Source of the DNA: a bacterium
Lineage (GTDB): Bacteria; Patescibacteriota; Saccharimonadia; CAILAD01; GCA-016700035
DNA: 64,000 nucleotides
Direction: 5' to 3'
Assembly (NCBI GenBank): GCA_020854115.1
Contig: JADZGC010000004.1
Span: forward strand, 65,665-129,664
Positions 42,151 to 52,749 of this stretch are shown piece after piece (the first letter of the stretch is position 1; each line of letters begins with the position of its first letter). The notes under the pieces were generated by a model. That model saw only the letters and a program-made list of their open reading frames with translations, ran no database searches and was not told the origin of the DNA. A program made the translations under genes and the position numbers.

Positions 42151-42703
42151 GGGCTGCCTCACGAATGACATCCGGAAGTGATTTGACAGGGTGTAGCTTA
42201 TCGTCGTCGCCTAGCTCGAGCACATCATCTGCGGACTTGATTATATCGATAAATAATTTACCGTGCATGTGGTCAACCTCGTGCTGGAATACGCGCGCAG
42301 CAAAGCCTTCGAGTGTCATACGGATGGGCTGTCCATCGAGGGTCTCGGCTTTTACCTTGATCTTGCGTGCGCGGGGTATGCGAGCATAGATGCCCGGAAC
42401 GGATAGGCAGCCTTCAATATCAATAACCCGGTCAGAGCTTTTCTGCACAATCTCGGGGTTTACGAAAGTCAAGAATGTCTTATCTTCCGCATCGTCAAAA
42501 TTATTGCGTACTACGGTGAGTTTCATGGGCTGTCCAATCTGAATGGCTGCCAAGGCAGCACCAAACTCACTACCGTGATCCCAGTCGAGCGTGGTCTCAA
42601 TCATGTCTTCAGCAAGCTGCTTGATTGCATCATCGACGAGCCCGATGCGCTTGGACTTCATGCGCAATACTTCAGATGGAATGGTGACGAGTGTGCGAAT
42701 CAT
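42131..42703 (-). CDS. def: Peptide deformylase
   Basis: GAALAAIQIG, EGCLS, QHEVDHMHG. Confidence 0.96.
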   Translation of the reverse strand: MIRTLVTIPSEVLRMKSKRIGLVDDAIKQLAEDMIETTLDWDHGSEFGAALAAIQIGQPMKLTVVRNNFDDAEDKTFLTFVNPEIVQKSSDRVIDIEGCLSVPGIYARIPRARKIKVKAETLDGQPIRMTLEGFAARVFQHEVDHMHGKLFIDIIKSADDVLELGDDDKLHPVKSLPDVIREAAHDHNHS

Positions 42704-42715
42704 TCAATCATTACA

Positions 42716-44665
42716 TCAGATAATAATGATCGGATCAAGATCAGCCTGCCATCCCGACGGAGGGGAGTCAGCTATGTCAGTCAAGGTCTTGCGTTGGGTT
42801 GATCGTACAATGAGTTGTCGTGTGTGATAGATGCCATCTTTGTGGTGGAGGGGCGTAGCTGGGCCGAGTACTTCTATATTTGGGTATTTCTGCGCCAGTA
42901 GATCTGAAAACTCGCTGGCGGCTCGCTCTGCATTTCGAGCATTTGAGCGTCGGACCCAGAGTCGTAGAAGCCAGCGATACGGTGGGTAGTGGAAGGTATG
43001 CCGATGGATCAGCTCTTGGGTGGCAAATCCATTCCAGTCATGGGCTTGGATTGCCTGTAGAATTGGTTGCTGAGGGTTATGTGTTTGGAGGATGACCCGA
43101 CCTGGTATATTGCCTCGACCGGCGCGCCCAGAGGCCTGAATGATAAGGCTGGCGGCTCGCTCTGAGGCGCTAAAATCTGTTCCATGGAGCAGGCTATCAG
43201 TATCAATAATGGCAACGAGGCTTACATGTGGAAAATCGAGCCCTTTTGCGATCATTTGTGTGCCAATGAGGATATTGATTTCCCGACGTTGCATCCTCTC
43301 AAGCAAACTAGGCAGGCTATCGCGATCAATACTGTCGCGGTCCAGCCTCTCAATATGTGCATTGGGGAATAGCTGCTGGAGGGTGGTTTCGAGCTGCTTG
43401 GTGCCAATACCGGAATAGCGAAGATCATCTTGGTTGCAGGAAGGACAGCGAGATGGGGGCCACAGCTCACGATTACAGAGATGACACTTCAGTCTGCCGA
43501 GGTCGGCGTGGAGGATCATAGTGGTGTCGCAGTGGTCACAGCGCACGGCTTGGCCACAACTGTCACAACTCAGACGGCGTGCAGTGCCTCGTTTATTATG
43601 GAGAATAAGGGCTTGCTGCTGGTGCTCGAGAGTTTGTTCGATAGCATGATGTAGCTGATCGGATAGTACACCGTGCTTATTATGGTGCTCGACGAGCATA
43701 ATTTCTGGGAGCTTTGCTCCACCATGTCGCGTAGGGAGGGAGAGGCGTGCGATGCGTCCGCGATGTACCAGTTCGAGCGTCGTCAGCGAGGGGGTGGCCG
43801 ATCCGAGGACGAGCCGGGCACCAGTCAGCTGCGCTAGGCGACCGGCTACTGTCACTGCGTGGTAGCGCGGGCTTTGATCTTGCTTGTAGCTTGTGTCGTG
43901 TTCTTCATCAATAATGATGAGTCCCAAATTATGGATTGGCAAGAAAAGTGCCGAACGAGCTCCCAGGTACACTTGAGGGGTCGTATTACTTAGGGCCTTG
44001 AGCCAGACTGCCCGGCGCTGGGTTGCTGTGAGTCCAGAGTGTGTCACGAGTAATGAAGCTCCAAGGCTCTCTTCTAGTCGCCGTTGGAGGTGTGTTGATA
44101 GGACTATTTCTGGCGCCAGGATAAGTACTGATTGGCCACGCTCCAGGGTAGACTGAATCAGATCTTCATAGATGCGTGTTTTGCCCGAGCCAGTAATACC
44201 TTGGATGAGTACGGCTTTTTGTGAAGGGAGTTTCTGTATTGCTTTAATGACTTGCTCTTGTTCGATGGAGAGTGGTGGCAGGTGTGCCGGTGCCTGGGCG
44301 ACCGAATCTTGAAGTAGTCCTTTACGCGGCTTGGCCTGGAGTCCAGATGGCAAGATCGTGTGCCAGATTGCCCGGGGATGAGCCGCGTAGTACTCACCAA
44401 GCCATTCTGCGAGCTTGAGGTAGTGCTTTGGGGGTTGCGGTAAGTCAAGGACGCGCGAAACTGGCTTGAGCTTCTCTAGTGCAATGTCGCTTGAAGTTCG
44501 AGTGGCGATGACGATACCGGTAGTTTGCGTTTTCCCGAACGGCACTACCACCCATTGGCCAGACTGAAGTACTTTATCGTGCACATAGTCGAAAACTTTA
44601 GCTGGTCGTCTAGGGTAGTTTGTGACGAGGACAGATACAATGATTGATGGAACTGTTCGTTTCAT
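42716..44665 (-). CDS. priA: Primosomal protein N'
   Basis: GITGSGKT, GARSALF, DEEHD..YKQ, four CxxC motifs, GTQMIAKGLDF. Confidence 0.96.
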   Translation of the reverse strand: MKRTVPSIIVSVLVTNYPRRPAKVFDYVHDKVLQSGQWVVVPFGKTQTTGIVIATRTSSDIALEKLKPVSRVLDLPQPPKHYLKLAEWLGEYYAAHPRAIWHTILPSGLQAKPRKGLLQDSVAQAPAHLPPLSIEQEQVIKAIQKLPSQKAVLIQGITGSGKTRIYEDLIQSTLERGQSVLILAPEIVLSTHLQRRLEESLGASLLVTHSGLTATQRRAVWLKALSNTTPQVYLGARSALFLPIHNLGLIIIDEEHDTSYKQDQSPRYHAVTVAGRLAQLTGARLVLGSATPSLTTLELVHRGRIARLSLPTRHGGAKLPEIMLVEHHNKHGVLSDQLHHAIEQTLEHQQQALILHNKRGTARRLSCDSCGQAVRCDHCDTTMILHADLGRLKCHLCNRELWPPSRCPSCNQDDLRYSGIGTKQLETTLQQLFPNAHIERLDRDSIDRDSLPSLLERMQRREINILIGTQMIAKGLDFPHVSLVAIIDTDSLLHGTDFSASERAASLIIQASGRAGRGNIPGRVILQTHNPQQPILQAIQAHDWNGFATQELIHRHTFHYPPYRWLLRLWVRRSNARNAERAASEFSDLLAQKYPNIEVLGPATPLHHKDGIYHTRQLIVRSTQRKTLTDIADSPPSGWQADLDPIIII

Positions 44666-44750
44666 ATTCGTTCCTAGTGTATCAGGTCTGCATAGAAAAC
44701 ACCCAGCTTTGACTCATCAGGGTAGATAAGATATGATCTGTGCTTAGAGT

Positions 44751-46082
44751 ATGCAACCAAAGCAACTGAGGCGACGATTAGTAATAATAGTGTTACTCGC
44801 GGCTATCGCGATAGCTTTGGTGTTACCGCGTGAAGACCGTATTTTACGAGCGATTGGCATAAAAAACCTGACACCAAAAGTAAAACTCGGTCTGGACTTA
44901 CAGGGAGGTACAAGCTTAACGTACGAAGCAGATCTCAACGACACCCCAACAGAAGAACGATCGAAGGCGATGGAGGGGGTACTCAATGTGATTACGAAGC
45001 GAGTGAACCCAACTGGCACGAGTGAGGCGGTCATTCAGCAGTCGGGCCAAAATAGAATCGTAGTGCAGCTACCAGGAGTAACTGATGCTCAGGCTGCAGC
45101 TGACCAGATAGGTCGCACGGCTCAACTGTCGTTTTATTCACTGTCGGGTGATGAGCAGCCAGTACCCGAACAGACTGATCTGACAGGTAAGGATCTCGAG
45201 CAGGCCACGGCCGATATTGATCCACAGACTGCTACGCCTATTATTCGATTCAATATGAAGTCAGGTGATGCTACGAAGAAATTCTCTGAGCTTACCACCA
45301 AGATTAATCAAAGTGGTGGCCGCTTGGTGATCGTTCTTGATAATGAAGTACTGTTTAATGGTACTGTTTCGACACCAATTACTGACGGTGTGGGTCAGAT
45401 GACCGGCTTTGAGGACGTCCAGACCGCTAAAGAGACCGCAGTCTTACTGAACGCGGGCGCTTTGCCGGTGCCAGTAGCGCTTTCGAGCCAGCAGACCATT
45501 GGGGCGACCCTTGGGTCGGAATCAATTGCTCGCTCTATGATAGCGGGTGTGATTGGGATTGTGGCAGTGATGCTCTTCATGATCTTTAGCTATCGCTGGG
45601 CGGGTGTGATTGCAAGTGCGGCTCTGACATTATATGCACTCTTCAATATTGTCATATTTAAGCTGGCGAGCATTACGCCGTGGCCGATAGTTTTGACGCT
45701 CGCTGGTATCGCTGGCTTTGTGCTCTCGGTTGGTATGGCGGTGGATGCAAATATTTTGATATTTGAACGCATGAAAGAAGAGATGCGATCTGGTAAGACA
45801 GTGCATACGGCGATGATTACGGGCTTTAAGCGCGCGTGGAGCTCCATACGTGACTCTAATATTTCAACACTACTCACTTGCCTTATCCTCTATACATTTG
45901 GTGCGCCGATTATTAAAGGCTTTGCCGTGACTCTCGCGCTTGGAGTCATGATCTCAATGGTGACCGCAATTACGATCTCTCGCACATTCTTGCAGTTATT
46001 TGCCGATACTAAGTTTGGCTCGAATCCGAAGCGTTATAGTAATATCCCAGTGGAGCATACTGGGAAGGAGGCGGTCTCATGA
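44751..46082 (+). CDS. secD: Protein translocase subunit SecD
   Basis: LGLDLQGG, RIVVQLPG, GALPVP, GMAVDANILIFER. Confidence 0.97.
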   Translation: MQPKQLRRRLVIIVLLAAIAIALVLPREDRILRAIGIKNLTPKVKLGLDLQGGTSLTYEADLNDTPTEERSKAMEGVLNVITKRVNPTGTSEAVIQQSGQNRIVVQLPGVTDAQAAADQIGRTAQLSFYSLSGDEQPVPEQTDLTGKDLEQATADIDPQTATPIIRFNMKSGDATKKFSELTTKINQSGGRLVIVLDNEVLFNGTVSTPITDGVGQMTGFEDVQTAKETAVLLNAGALPVPVALSSQQTIGATLGSESIARSMIAGVIGIVAVMLFMIFSYRWAGVIASAALTLYALFNIVIFKLASITPWPIVLTLAGIAGFVLSVGMAVDANILIFERMKEEMRSGKTVHTAMITGFKRAWSSIRDSNISTLLTCLILYTFGAPIIKGFAVTLALGVMISMVTAITISRTFLQLFADTKFGSNPKRYSNIPVEHTGKEAVS

Positions 46083-46990
46083 ATGTGATTGGACGCCGAC
46101 GCCTATGGTTTGCAATTTCATTATTAGTGATTATTCCCGGCACGATCTCATTGTTTATTTGGGGGCTACGACCAGGTATTGACTTTGCTGGTGGTCAGTC
46201 AATGGAGATTGCTGGTACACAGGATCAACAATTCGTACGTGATACATTGGCCAGCGTGGGCGCTCGCGACATTGTCATCACTACTACTGGTACCGATAAA
46301 CTGTTGGCACGCTATCGAGACGAAGAGGGTAAGGACTCTACAGTGACTAGTAATGAAATCAAGACTAAATTAGCCACGCAGAATGCTCAGCCGACCAATT
46401 TTGAATCGATTGGCCCAGCTGTCAGTCGAGATATCACTCGCAATGCCTTTGTATCCGTCGGGCTGGCTTCCCTGGCTATCGTATTCTTTATTGCGTTTGC
46501 GTTTCGCAATACACCGCCTCCTGTGAGCCCATGGAGCTTTGGTGTCACAGCCGTGATTGCACTTTTGCATGACACATTGGTGATAGTTGGTATTTTCTCA
46601 CTGCTTGGGCGGTTTGCGAACGTCGAAATAGATTCACTCTTCGTCACTGCGGTACTGACAGCGATCGGTTTCTCGGTTCACGATACGATCGTGGTGTATG
46701 ATCGTATCCGCGAGAATTTGAAGCGCTCAAGTGAGTCATTTGAAGTGGTTGTAAATGACAGTATTGTCGAGACCATGGCTCGATCCTTAGGTACAAGTTT
46801 GACGGTGATCTTTACACTTCTCGCTTTATTGATATTTGGTGGTGAGACGATTCGTCTGTTCATATTCGCTCTCTTGGTTGGCATTATGTCTGGTACGTAT
46901 TCTTCTATCTTTAATGCAGCTCCTATGCTGGTAGTGTGGCACAACTTCAAGTTTAAGCGTCGTGCTGCGAAGAAGCTCAAGAAGACTTAG
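46079..46990 (+). CDS. secF: Protein translocase subunit SecF
   Basis: GIDFAGG, ALLHD, GFSVHDTIVVYDRIRE, GTYSSIFNA. Confidence 0.97.
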   Translation: MNVIGRRRLWFAISLLVIIPGTISLFIWGLRPGIDFAGGQSMEIAGTQDQQFVRDTLASVGARDIVITTTGTDKLLARYRDEEGKDSTVTSNEIKTKLATQNAQPTNFESIGPAVSRDITRNAFVSVGLASLAIVFFIAFAFRNTPPPVSPWSFGVTAVIALLHDTLVIVGIFSLLGRFANVEIDSLFVTAVLTAIGFSVHDTIVVYDRIRENLKRSSESFEVVVNDSIVETMARSLGTSLTVIFTLLALLIFGGETIRLFIFALLVGIMSGTYSSIFNAAPMLVVWHNFKFKRRAAKKLKKT

Positions 46991-47991
46991 TCTGAAGTAT
47001 TGTTCTTGACTACGTAGACCCCATTCTTGGTGTCTGGGTCGGTCTTATTTTCGAGTACGCATGACAATGTGAAGCTGCTTCCGTCGGAGGTGTAGCCATA
47101 TTGAATAATACTACCCTCTTTTGATGCCGGGTCGTTGGGGATCTTGACGATATATGGTGGGGATGTCTGAGTAAGTGGTTCGAGCACGGCGATATTCGAC
47201 CCAGTGGGGTATACGCCGGCGTTTTTCTTGTAGGACTCTATACTGATCGAAAGTGAATTTAAATCAGCCTTACGCTGTTTGTCGCGCTGCTGTTGGGCAA
47301 GATTACTTGGTGTTGCAGATGGAGAGATACTAGATTTGACTTGAGCCGTGGGTACAGGTGCTTTCGAGAGTAGCCAGGCTGTAATCATACCTCCGAGAAC
47401 GATTACTACACTCAAGGAAATCAGGATTATGTTCTTGTTCTGACGGGAAGTCTGGCTTTCTGTGCTAGCAGCTTTGAGGAGTTCTTCAGCGCGTTCTGTG
47501 GCAGTTGTGTGGTGTGTATGGGGATGTGGCGCGATAGGTTCATGCGCGCGTGACTCTTTTAGGGCATCGCGGAGCAACTTTTGCTCCGTCTCCGTTAAGG
47601 ATGGTACTGTGTCGGTATTTGTGCTGACTGTGTTTTGGGTGGGTTGCGTTGACGCGGTACTTTCTAGCCTGGGCTGTTGATTGGGGGCTTTGAGCTCAAG
47701 TTCTTCCATTTGAGCGAGTCGTTCGCGCAGTCTCTTACGATATTGACTTGATGCATGGTGATTGATGATCGTCGCTTGCGTAGATTGCATATGCCGATGT
47801 GCTTCATGAGGGCTATTGCGATCTTCGGAGTATTCTTGAAACTGATCATTTATCTGAATAGTATCGTCCCCCGAAGGCGTTGTAGTACGTGTTTGGCTAT
47901 GCGGAGGTGTACGCTTCCCGCAGGTTGGACAAGCGTATCCTATATCTGTTGTAACTATTGCTGATCCGCAGGCAGGGCATGAGTGTAACAT
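46987..47991 (-). CDS. Zinc-ribbon plus TM plus pilin/GspG-like head-domain protein
   Basis: CPAC...CPTC N-terminus, one TM, RDKQRKADL....IESY....GVYP...PNDP...YGYTSDG..FTL..VLE. Confidence 0.65.
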   Translation of the reverse strand: MLHSCPACGSAIVTTDIGYACPTCGKRTPPHSQTRTTTPSGDDTIQINDQFQEYSEDRNSPHEAHRHMQSTQATIINHHASSQYRKRLRERLAQMEELELKAPNQQPRLESTASTQPTQNTVSTNTDTVPSLTETEQKLLRDALKESRAHEPIAPHPHTHHTTATERAEELLKAASTESQTSRQNKNIILISLSVVIVLGGMITAWLLSKAPVPTAQVKSSISPSATPSNLAQQQRDKQRKADLNSLSISIESYKKNAGVYPTGSNIAVLEPLTQTSPPYIVKIPNDPASKEGSIIQYGYTSDGSSFTLSCVLENKTDPDTKNGVYVVKNNTSD

Positions 47992-48124
47992 AGCTTAACT
48001 ATTATTGTAGCGTACTCTGAGCACGAAAACTATTGTAAATAATACTGTTGTGATATATGCTATAGTTACTTTTTTAGCAATACATCAAACAATCAGAAAA
48101 AATCAACAGTGGCAGTAAACAAAG

Positions 48125-48406
48125 ATGCTCCAACATTTTATAACATCAAAAACACGTCGAAAAATCATCACTGTATTCTCGAAATACCCGGATTATCGCG
48201 TTCACGTTCGTGGGCTTGCTAAGTTGATACGCGAAGATCCGGGTAATGTTGCGCGCGAGCTGGAACGCTTAGCGCGTATTAAGTATGTACATACAGCCAA
48301 ACAAGCAAATACCAAGCTTTTTTGGGTGAATCAAAATTTCTTACTTTATAAAGAGTTACAGGCTATGGTACTCAAGACAACAAGAAAAACAAAGAAAGAT
48401 ATATGA
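48125..48406 (+). CDS. Winged helix-turn-helix protein
   Basis: SKTRRKII...HVRGLAKLI.EDPGNVARELERL...N..F.LY.EL. Confidence 0.85.
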   Translation: MLQHFITSKTRRKIITVFSKYPDYRVHVRGLAKLIREDPGNVARELERLARIKYVHTAKQANTKLFWVNQNFLLYKELQAMVLKTTRKTKKDI

Positions 48407-48564
48407 AAAGATTGATTACAAAAATAGTTCAAGATATCCGAAGAGTTGACCGTCAGTTCGCACGTGAGCGCATGCGCACCCCGCAGATTTCACGACGCAT
48501 ATATCAAAGTCAAACTCCACTCGGTTTTCGATCTAGGGCCACACACTCGTATTTTGTTCGCTAG
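48403..48564 (+). CDS. Small basic ORF (53 aa), possibly translationally coupled
   Basis: ATGA overlap with the wHTH stop. MKRLITKIVQDIRRVDRQFARERMRT... Below the ORF-track cutoff. Confidence 0.45.
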   Translation: MKRLITKIVQDIRRVDRQFARERMRTPQISRRIYQSQTPLGFRSRATHSYFVR

Positions 48565-48583
48565 TCGATCATAATAAGAGTTC

Positions 48584-50269
48584 ATGAAAGAATTTGCGCG
48601 GATTGATTGGCGTCTGCCGCCTCAGGAAGAGGTACTTCTTGAGGATTTGGCTATGACTATTTTGTCACGCCGAGGATTCAGTGAGGCGCAGTCGCTTGAT
48701 AGCTTGCATCCACGGTATGATTCGCTTGGGGATCCATTCGGCTTACAAGATATGGAGCTGGCCGTATCGGCTATTCTAGATTTTCGTGATAAGAATGAGA
48801 AGATTATTATTTATGGGGACTATGATATCGATGGACTCACCGCCAGTAGCTTGCTAGCTGATGTGTGCAGTCAATTACATATCAAACATGAGGTATATAT
48901 ACCCGATAGGTTTGAAGAAGGCTATGGTATACATGTACGGGCTCTTGAAAAATTATCCGAGCAAGGTGCTCGCACGATCGTAAGTGTAGACTGTGGTAGT
49001 TCGGCGCTTGAGGCTGCACAAGCCGCCCAGCGGCTTGGGATTCGGCTCATCATCACTGATCATCACGCCCTTATCGCTCAAGAGCTGGAGGGTGCGTATG
49101 CGCATATTAATCCATTGCGGGAGGCGAACCAGTACCCTGAAAAATATCTTTCAGGTGTAGGAGTAGCTTTTGCGCTCGCACGAGCTCTCCAGCAAGCAAG
49201 TGAGTATTCAATTCCTGCAGGGCAAGAAAAATGGCTGCTTGACCTAGTAGCGCTTGGTACGATTTGTGATGTTGTGCCATTGACCGGCGAGAACCGGGTG
49301 CTGGCATCATATGGGTTGCAGGTATTGCGTAAGACACGTCGTGCTGGCTTACGAGCTCTCGCAAGGGTGAGTGGAGTTATGCTTGAAGGTATCTCGGCAG
49401 AAGATCTTGGCTTCAAGCTGGGGCCTCGATTGAATGCGGCCGGCCGACTTGAGCATGCACAGCATGCACTCAAGATGTTACTGGCAGTAGACTACGAGCA
49501 GGCGTTCGAGCATGCAGAGTACCTCCAGAAGCTAAATACTCAAAGGCAGGCTGATACAAAGTGGATCCATGAATCCGCCCGCGAGCAAGCGCAGCGATAT
49601 CTCGATGATCCAATTTTGGTCCTATCTGATACATCGTGGTCACATGGTATCGTTGGATTGGTGGCCAGCCGAATTAGCGAGGAGTATCATCGACCAGCGT
49701 TTTTACTGCAGCTGGAAGGTAATCTGGCAAAGGGGTCGGGGAGGAGTTATGCAGGTATTTCGATTATCGATATTATGCGGAAGCAAGATGCAATACTTGA
49801 TCGGTATGGTGGCCACGCTGCAGCCGCTGGTATGACTATAGCTTCCGAAAAGATAGATTTGTTTAGGGAACGGATGATCGAAACAGTATCACAGCTGGGG
49901 GATGACGTATGGACCAAGCAAGAGACAGTCGATGCCTGGTTGCAGCCAGAATTTGTTAGTCTTGAAGGATTCGCGCAACTTGAAAAACTCGAGCCTACTG
50001 GACGAGATCACCCGGGGGTACGATTTGTATTCGATGGAGAGATTACTGGCATCAGGCCGGTGGGCGCAGACGGGAGTCATTACCAGCTATCAGTTCGTGT
50101 CCAGGAACGAGAACAGCGCATGATTGCGTTTGGCGCCGCAGTTAAGTGGCCGTTGCTAAAAATGGGCGACATCATTCGTGGTGTCGTTCGACTGGGTCGT
50201 TCTGAGTGGCGAGGGGTGGCTCGCATAGAGGTGATGTTATTAGATATACTGGATAACCCATATGCCTAA
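48584..50269 (+). CDS. recJ: ssDNA-specific exonuclease RecJ
   Basis: YGDYDIDG, PDRFEEGYG, TDHH, GPRLNAAGRL, GGHAAAAG. Confidence 0.97.
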   Translation: MKEFARIDWRLPPQEEVLLEDLAMTILSRRGFSEAQSLDSLHPRYDSLGDPFGLQDMELAVSAILDFRDKNEKIIIYGDYDIDGLTASSLLADVCSQLHIKHEVYIPDRFEEGYGIHVRALEKLSEQGARTIVSVDCGSSALEAAQAAQRLGIRLIITDHHALIAQELEGAYAHINPLREANQYPEKYLSGVGVAFALARALQQASEYSIPAGQEKWLLDLVALGTICDVVPLTGENRVLASYGLQVLRKTRRAGLRALARVSGVMLEGISAEDLGFKLGPRLNAAGRLEHAQHALKMLLAVDYEQAFEHAEYLQKLNTQRQADTKWIHESAREQAQRYLDDPILVLSDTSWSHGIVGLVASRISEEYHRPAFLLQLEGNLAKGSGRSYAGISIIDIMRKQDAILDRYGGHAAAAGMTIASEKIDLFRERMIETVSQLGDDVWTKQETVDAWLQPEFVSLEGFAQLEKLEPTGRDHPGVRFVFDGEITGIRPVGADGSHYQLSVRVQEREQRMIAFGAAVKWPLLKMGDIIRGVVRLGRSEWRGVARIEVMLLDILDNPYA

Positions 50270-52424
50270 GCAAAAGACATCCAGGATCATTCCGAAGTTT
50301 ATTCGCGATATGCAGTATACCGAAGATGAGCGTCAGGACATAGCTCGGGCATATTGGTTTAGTCGCGACAGGCATCGTAATCAGTTGCGAAAGAGCGGGG
50401 AGGCATACATTATTCACCCGATCGCTGTCGCACAAATACTGGCCGGATGGCACGTCGATATTCCTACGATACAGGCTGGATTGTTACACGATACCCTCGA
50501 GGACACGCAGACGACAAGTGAGGAGATTCGGGCTGAATTTGGTGAGGTGTGCACACAGTTGGTTGAGGCAGTTACGAAGATTGGGTCACTGCAATCTCAG
50601 ATTGCGCATACGGCTACTCCTGAATCGATTGAAAACATCCGAAAGTTACTCTTAGCGATGAGTCACGACATTAGAGTTATCCTCGTGAAGCTTGCGGATA
50701 GGCTGCACAATATGAGGACCATTCAATATCTGTCAGAGCACAAGCAGCGTCGTAAGGCACAGGAGACTCTTGATATTTATGCTCCTATAGCTGATCGATT
50801 AGGTATGGGTGAATTGCGTGCCGAGCTGGAGGATAGATCGTTTGCAGTGGTGCATCCAAAAGAATATGCGCGCATCAAAGAGCTTGCTCAACCCTATGTA
50901 AAACGTGGCGAGCAGCTTTTGGCGACGATTAAGCCGGAAATTGAGGCGGATTGTCGATCAGAGGGTATACAATTTGAGGTAACAAGTAGAATAAAAAACG
51001 TATTCAGTATACATAAGAAGCTTGCGAAGTATGACCAAGATTTCTCAAAAATACGTGATCTTGTTGCGCTCAGGATTATCGTTGAATCTATACCTGATTG
51101 CTATCGCGCGTTGGGCCTTATTCATGCACGATACAAGCCGCTTTTACTATTTATCAAGGATTATATCGCAGTACCAAAGCCCAATGGGTATCAGTCACTT
51201 CATACAACTGTTCTTGGAAAAAATCAGGTATTTGAAGTGCAAATTAGGACTCAGCATATGCATGAATATGCTGAGCAAGGGTTAGCTGCACACTTCTATT
51301 ACAACGAGTCAAAACAACAGCAACAATACAAGACTGGCGGAGGAGTAGTGTTGCCTAAAAAGTACGAATGGGTAAAAAATTTGCTCGACTGGCAAGAAGC
51401 GTTTGAGCATGAAAAAGACATACGGTCTGCATTGCAGCTTGACGTATTCCAGCAGCGTATCTTTGTATTTTCTCCCAACGGCGACTTGTTCGATCTACCA
51501 GAAGGCGCTACACCTGTAGACTTCGCTTTTGCGGTGCATACAGATTTGGGTATGGCATGCCGTGGCGCACGAATTAATGGCAAAATGATGCCACTGGATA
51601 CTCGACTTGAAAATCGAGATGTCGTTGAGATTTTTGCGTTTGTGAAAGCGCCGAGACCAAGTAGGGACTGGCTGAGCTTTGTTGTAACCGCGAAAGCACG
51701 CTCACGTATTAAGGCTTGGCTGCGCAATCAAGAGCGTACGACTGCCGAGCAGGAAGGTATGCGTTTGCTTGATGAATATATTCGCACTGTGGCTGATCGA
51801 AGCTGGGAACAGTTGCCTCCAAGTACAAAGCGAGTGGTGCTTGAGTCGTATGAGTTATCTGATAGTTCAGCGCTAGCCGAGGCTGTCTACGAGGGGAAGG
51901 TGAAGTTGGCAGACATCTCGCGGCTTGTATTAATGCAACGTCAGCAGCAGGCTAGAGCCTTCTTGCCTGTAAAATTCTTGCGCAAGCGTGGGCCACGACC
52001 GGTTTCTCTCGTACCCGGTATAGAGCGTGAGCATATTTCGCGTGCAGGATGTTGCTCTCCGACATATCCTCAGGAAATTGTGGGCTATGTAAGTCGCGCT
52101 GGGTTGATTCGAGTGCACCGAAAAGACTGTGATCGAATCGCTGCTGATTTCCAGCGTTGCCTTCCAGCTTATTGGTATTATGATTCGACTGACCGCATTC
52201 GCTTGAAAGGGGATTCGGCGATGGCCACCTCAATGCTCAAGGCCATATCTTCCTATCTATCTGCGTTTGATGCTCGTGCAGCAAAGATTACTCAAAACTC
52301 AATTGGGGATACCGTGGAGATAGAGGTTGCATTGAGCCTGGTGCGCATGGATCGCTGGGCTGATTTATTGAGGGCGCTACATCGTGTACCGGGAGTATTG
52401 GATGTAGAGCATATTGTCGGGTAG
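50262..52424 (+). CDS. rel: Bifunctional (p)ppGpp synthetase/hydrolase
   Basis: RKSGEAYIIHP, LLHDTLED, KLADRLHNMRT, NGYQSLHT, EVQIRT, then TGS and ACT regions. Confidence 0.95.
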   Translation: MPKQKTSRIIPKFIRDMQYTEDERQDIARAYWFSRDRHRNQLRKSGEAYIIHPIAVAQILAGWHVDIPTIQAGLLHDTLEDTQTTSEEIRAEFGEVCTQLVEAVTKIGSLQSQIAHTATPESIENIRKLLLAMSHDIRVILVKLADRLHNMRTIQYLSEHKQRRKAQETLDIYAPIADRLGMGELRAELEDRSFAVVHPKEYARIKELAQPYVKRGEQLLATIKPEIEADCRSEGIQFEVTSRIKNVFSIHKKLAKYDQDFSKIRDLVALRIIVESIPDCYRALGLIHARYKPLLLFIKDYIAVPKPNGYQSLHTTVLGKNQVFEVQIRTQHMHEYAEQGLAAHFYYNESKQQQQYKTGGGVVLPKKYEWVKNLLDWQEAFEHEKDIRSALQLDVFQQRIFVFSPNGDLFDLPEGATPVDFAFAVHTDLGMACRGARINGKMMPLDTRLENRDVVEIFAFVKAPRPSRDWLSFVVTAKARSRIKAWLRNQERTTAEQEGMRLLDEYIRTVADRSWEQLPPSTKRVVLESYELSDSSALAEAVYEGKVKLADISRLVLMQRQQQARAFLPVKFLRKRGPRPVSLVPGIEREHISRAGCCSPTYPQEIVGYVSRAGLIRVHRKDCDRIAADFQRCLPAYWYYDSTDRIRLKGDSAMATSMLKAISSYLSAFDARAAKITQNSIGDTVEIEVALSLVRMDRWADLLRALHRVPGVLDVEHIVG

Positions 52425-52534
52425 AATGTGTATATCCTTGGAGTCTTGCTGTTTTTGAGAAAATCTGCTAATATACATATCTGTTATGGTCAGATCATTG
52501 GCCCAATGCCATTAGAAAGGATTACGTATAAAAT

Positions 52535-52747
52535 ATGCTTCATGTTGAACGCAAGGATGATGAGTCTCTAGAGAGTTTGATTCGTCGTTTCAATAAGAAA
52601 GTGACTCAAGCTGGTATTTTGAGCTCGGCTCGTCGTAAAAAGTATTTCGAGAAGCCTCTCACCAAGCGCGAAGAGCGCGAGATTGCAATTCGTAAGCGTG
52701 TTCGAAAAGAGCAGAAGACACGCGAAATGCTTAGTATTCGAGGGTAA
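52535..52747 (+). CDS. rpsU: 30S ribosomal protein S21
   Basis: ESLESLIRRFNKKV...YFEKP. Confidence 0.92.
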   Translation: MLHVERKDDESLESLIRRFNKKVTQAGILSSARRKKYFEKPLTKREEREIAIRKRVRKEQKTREMLSIRG

Positions 52748-52749
52748 AT

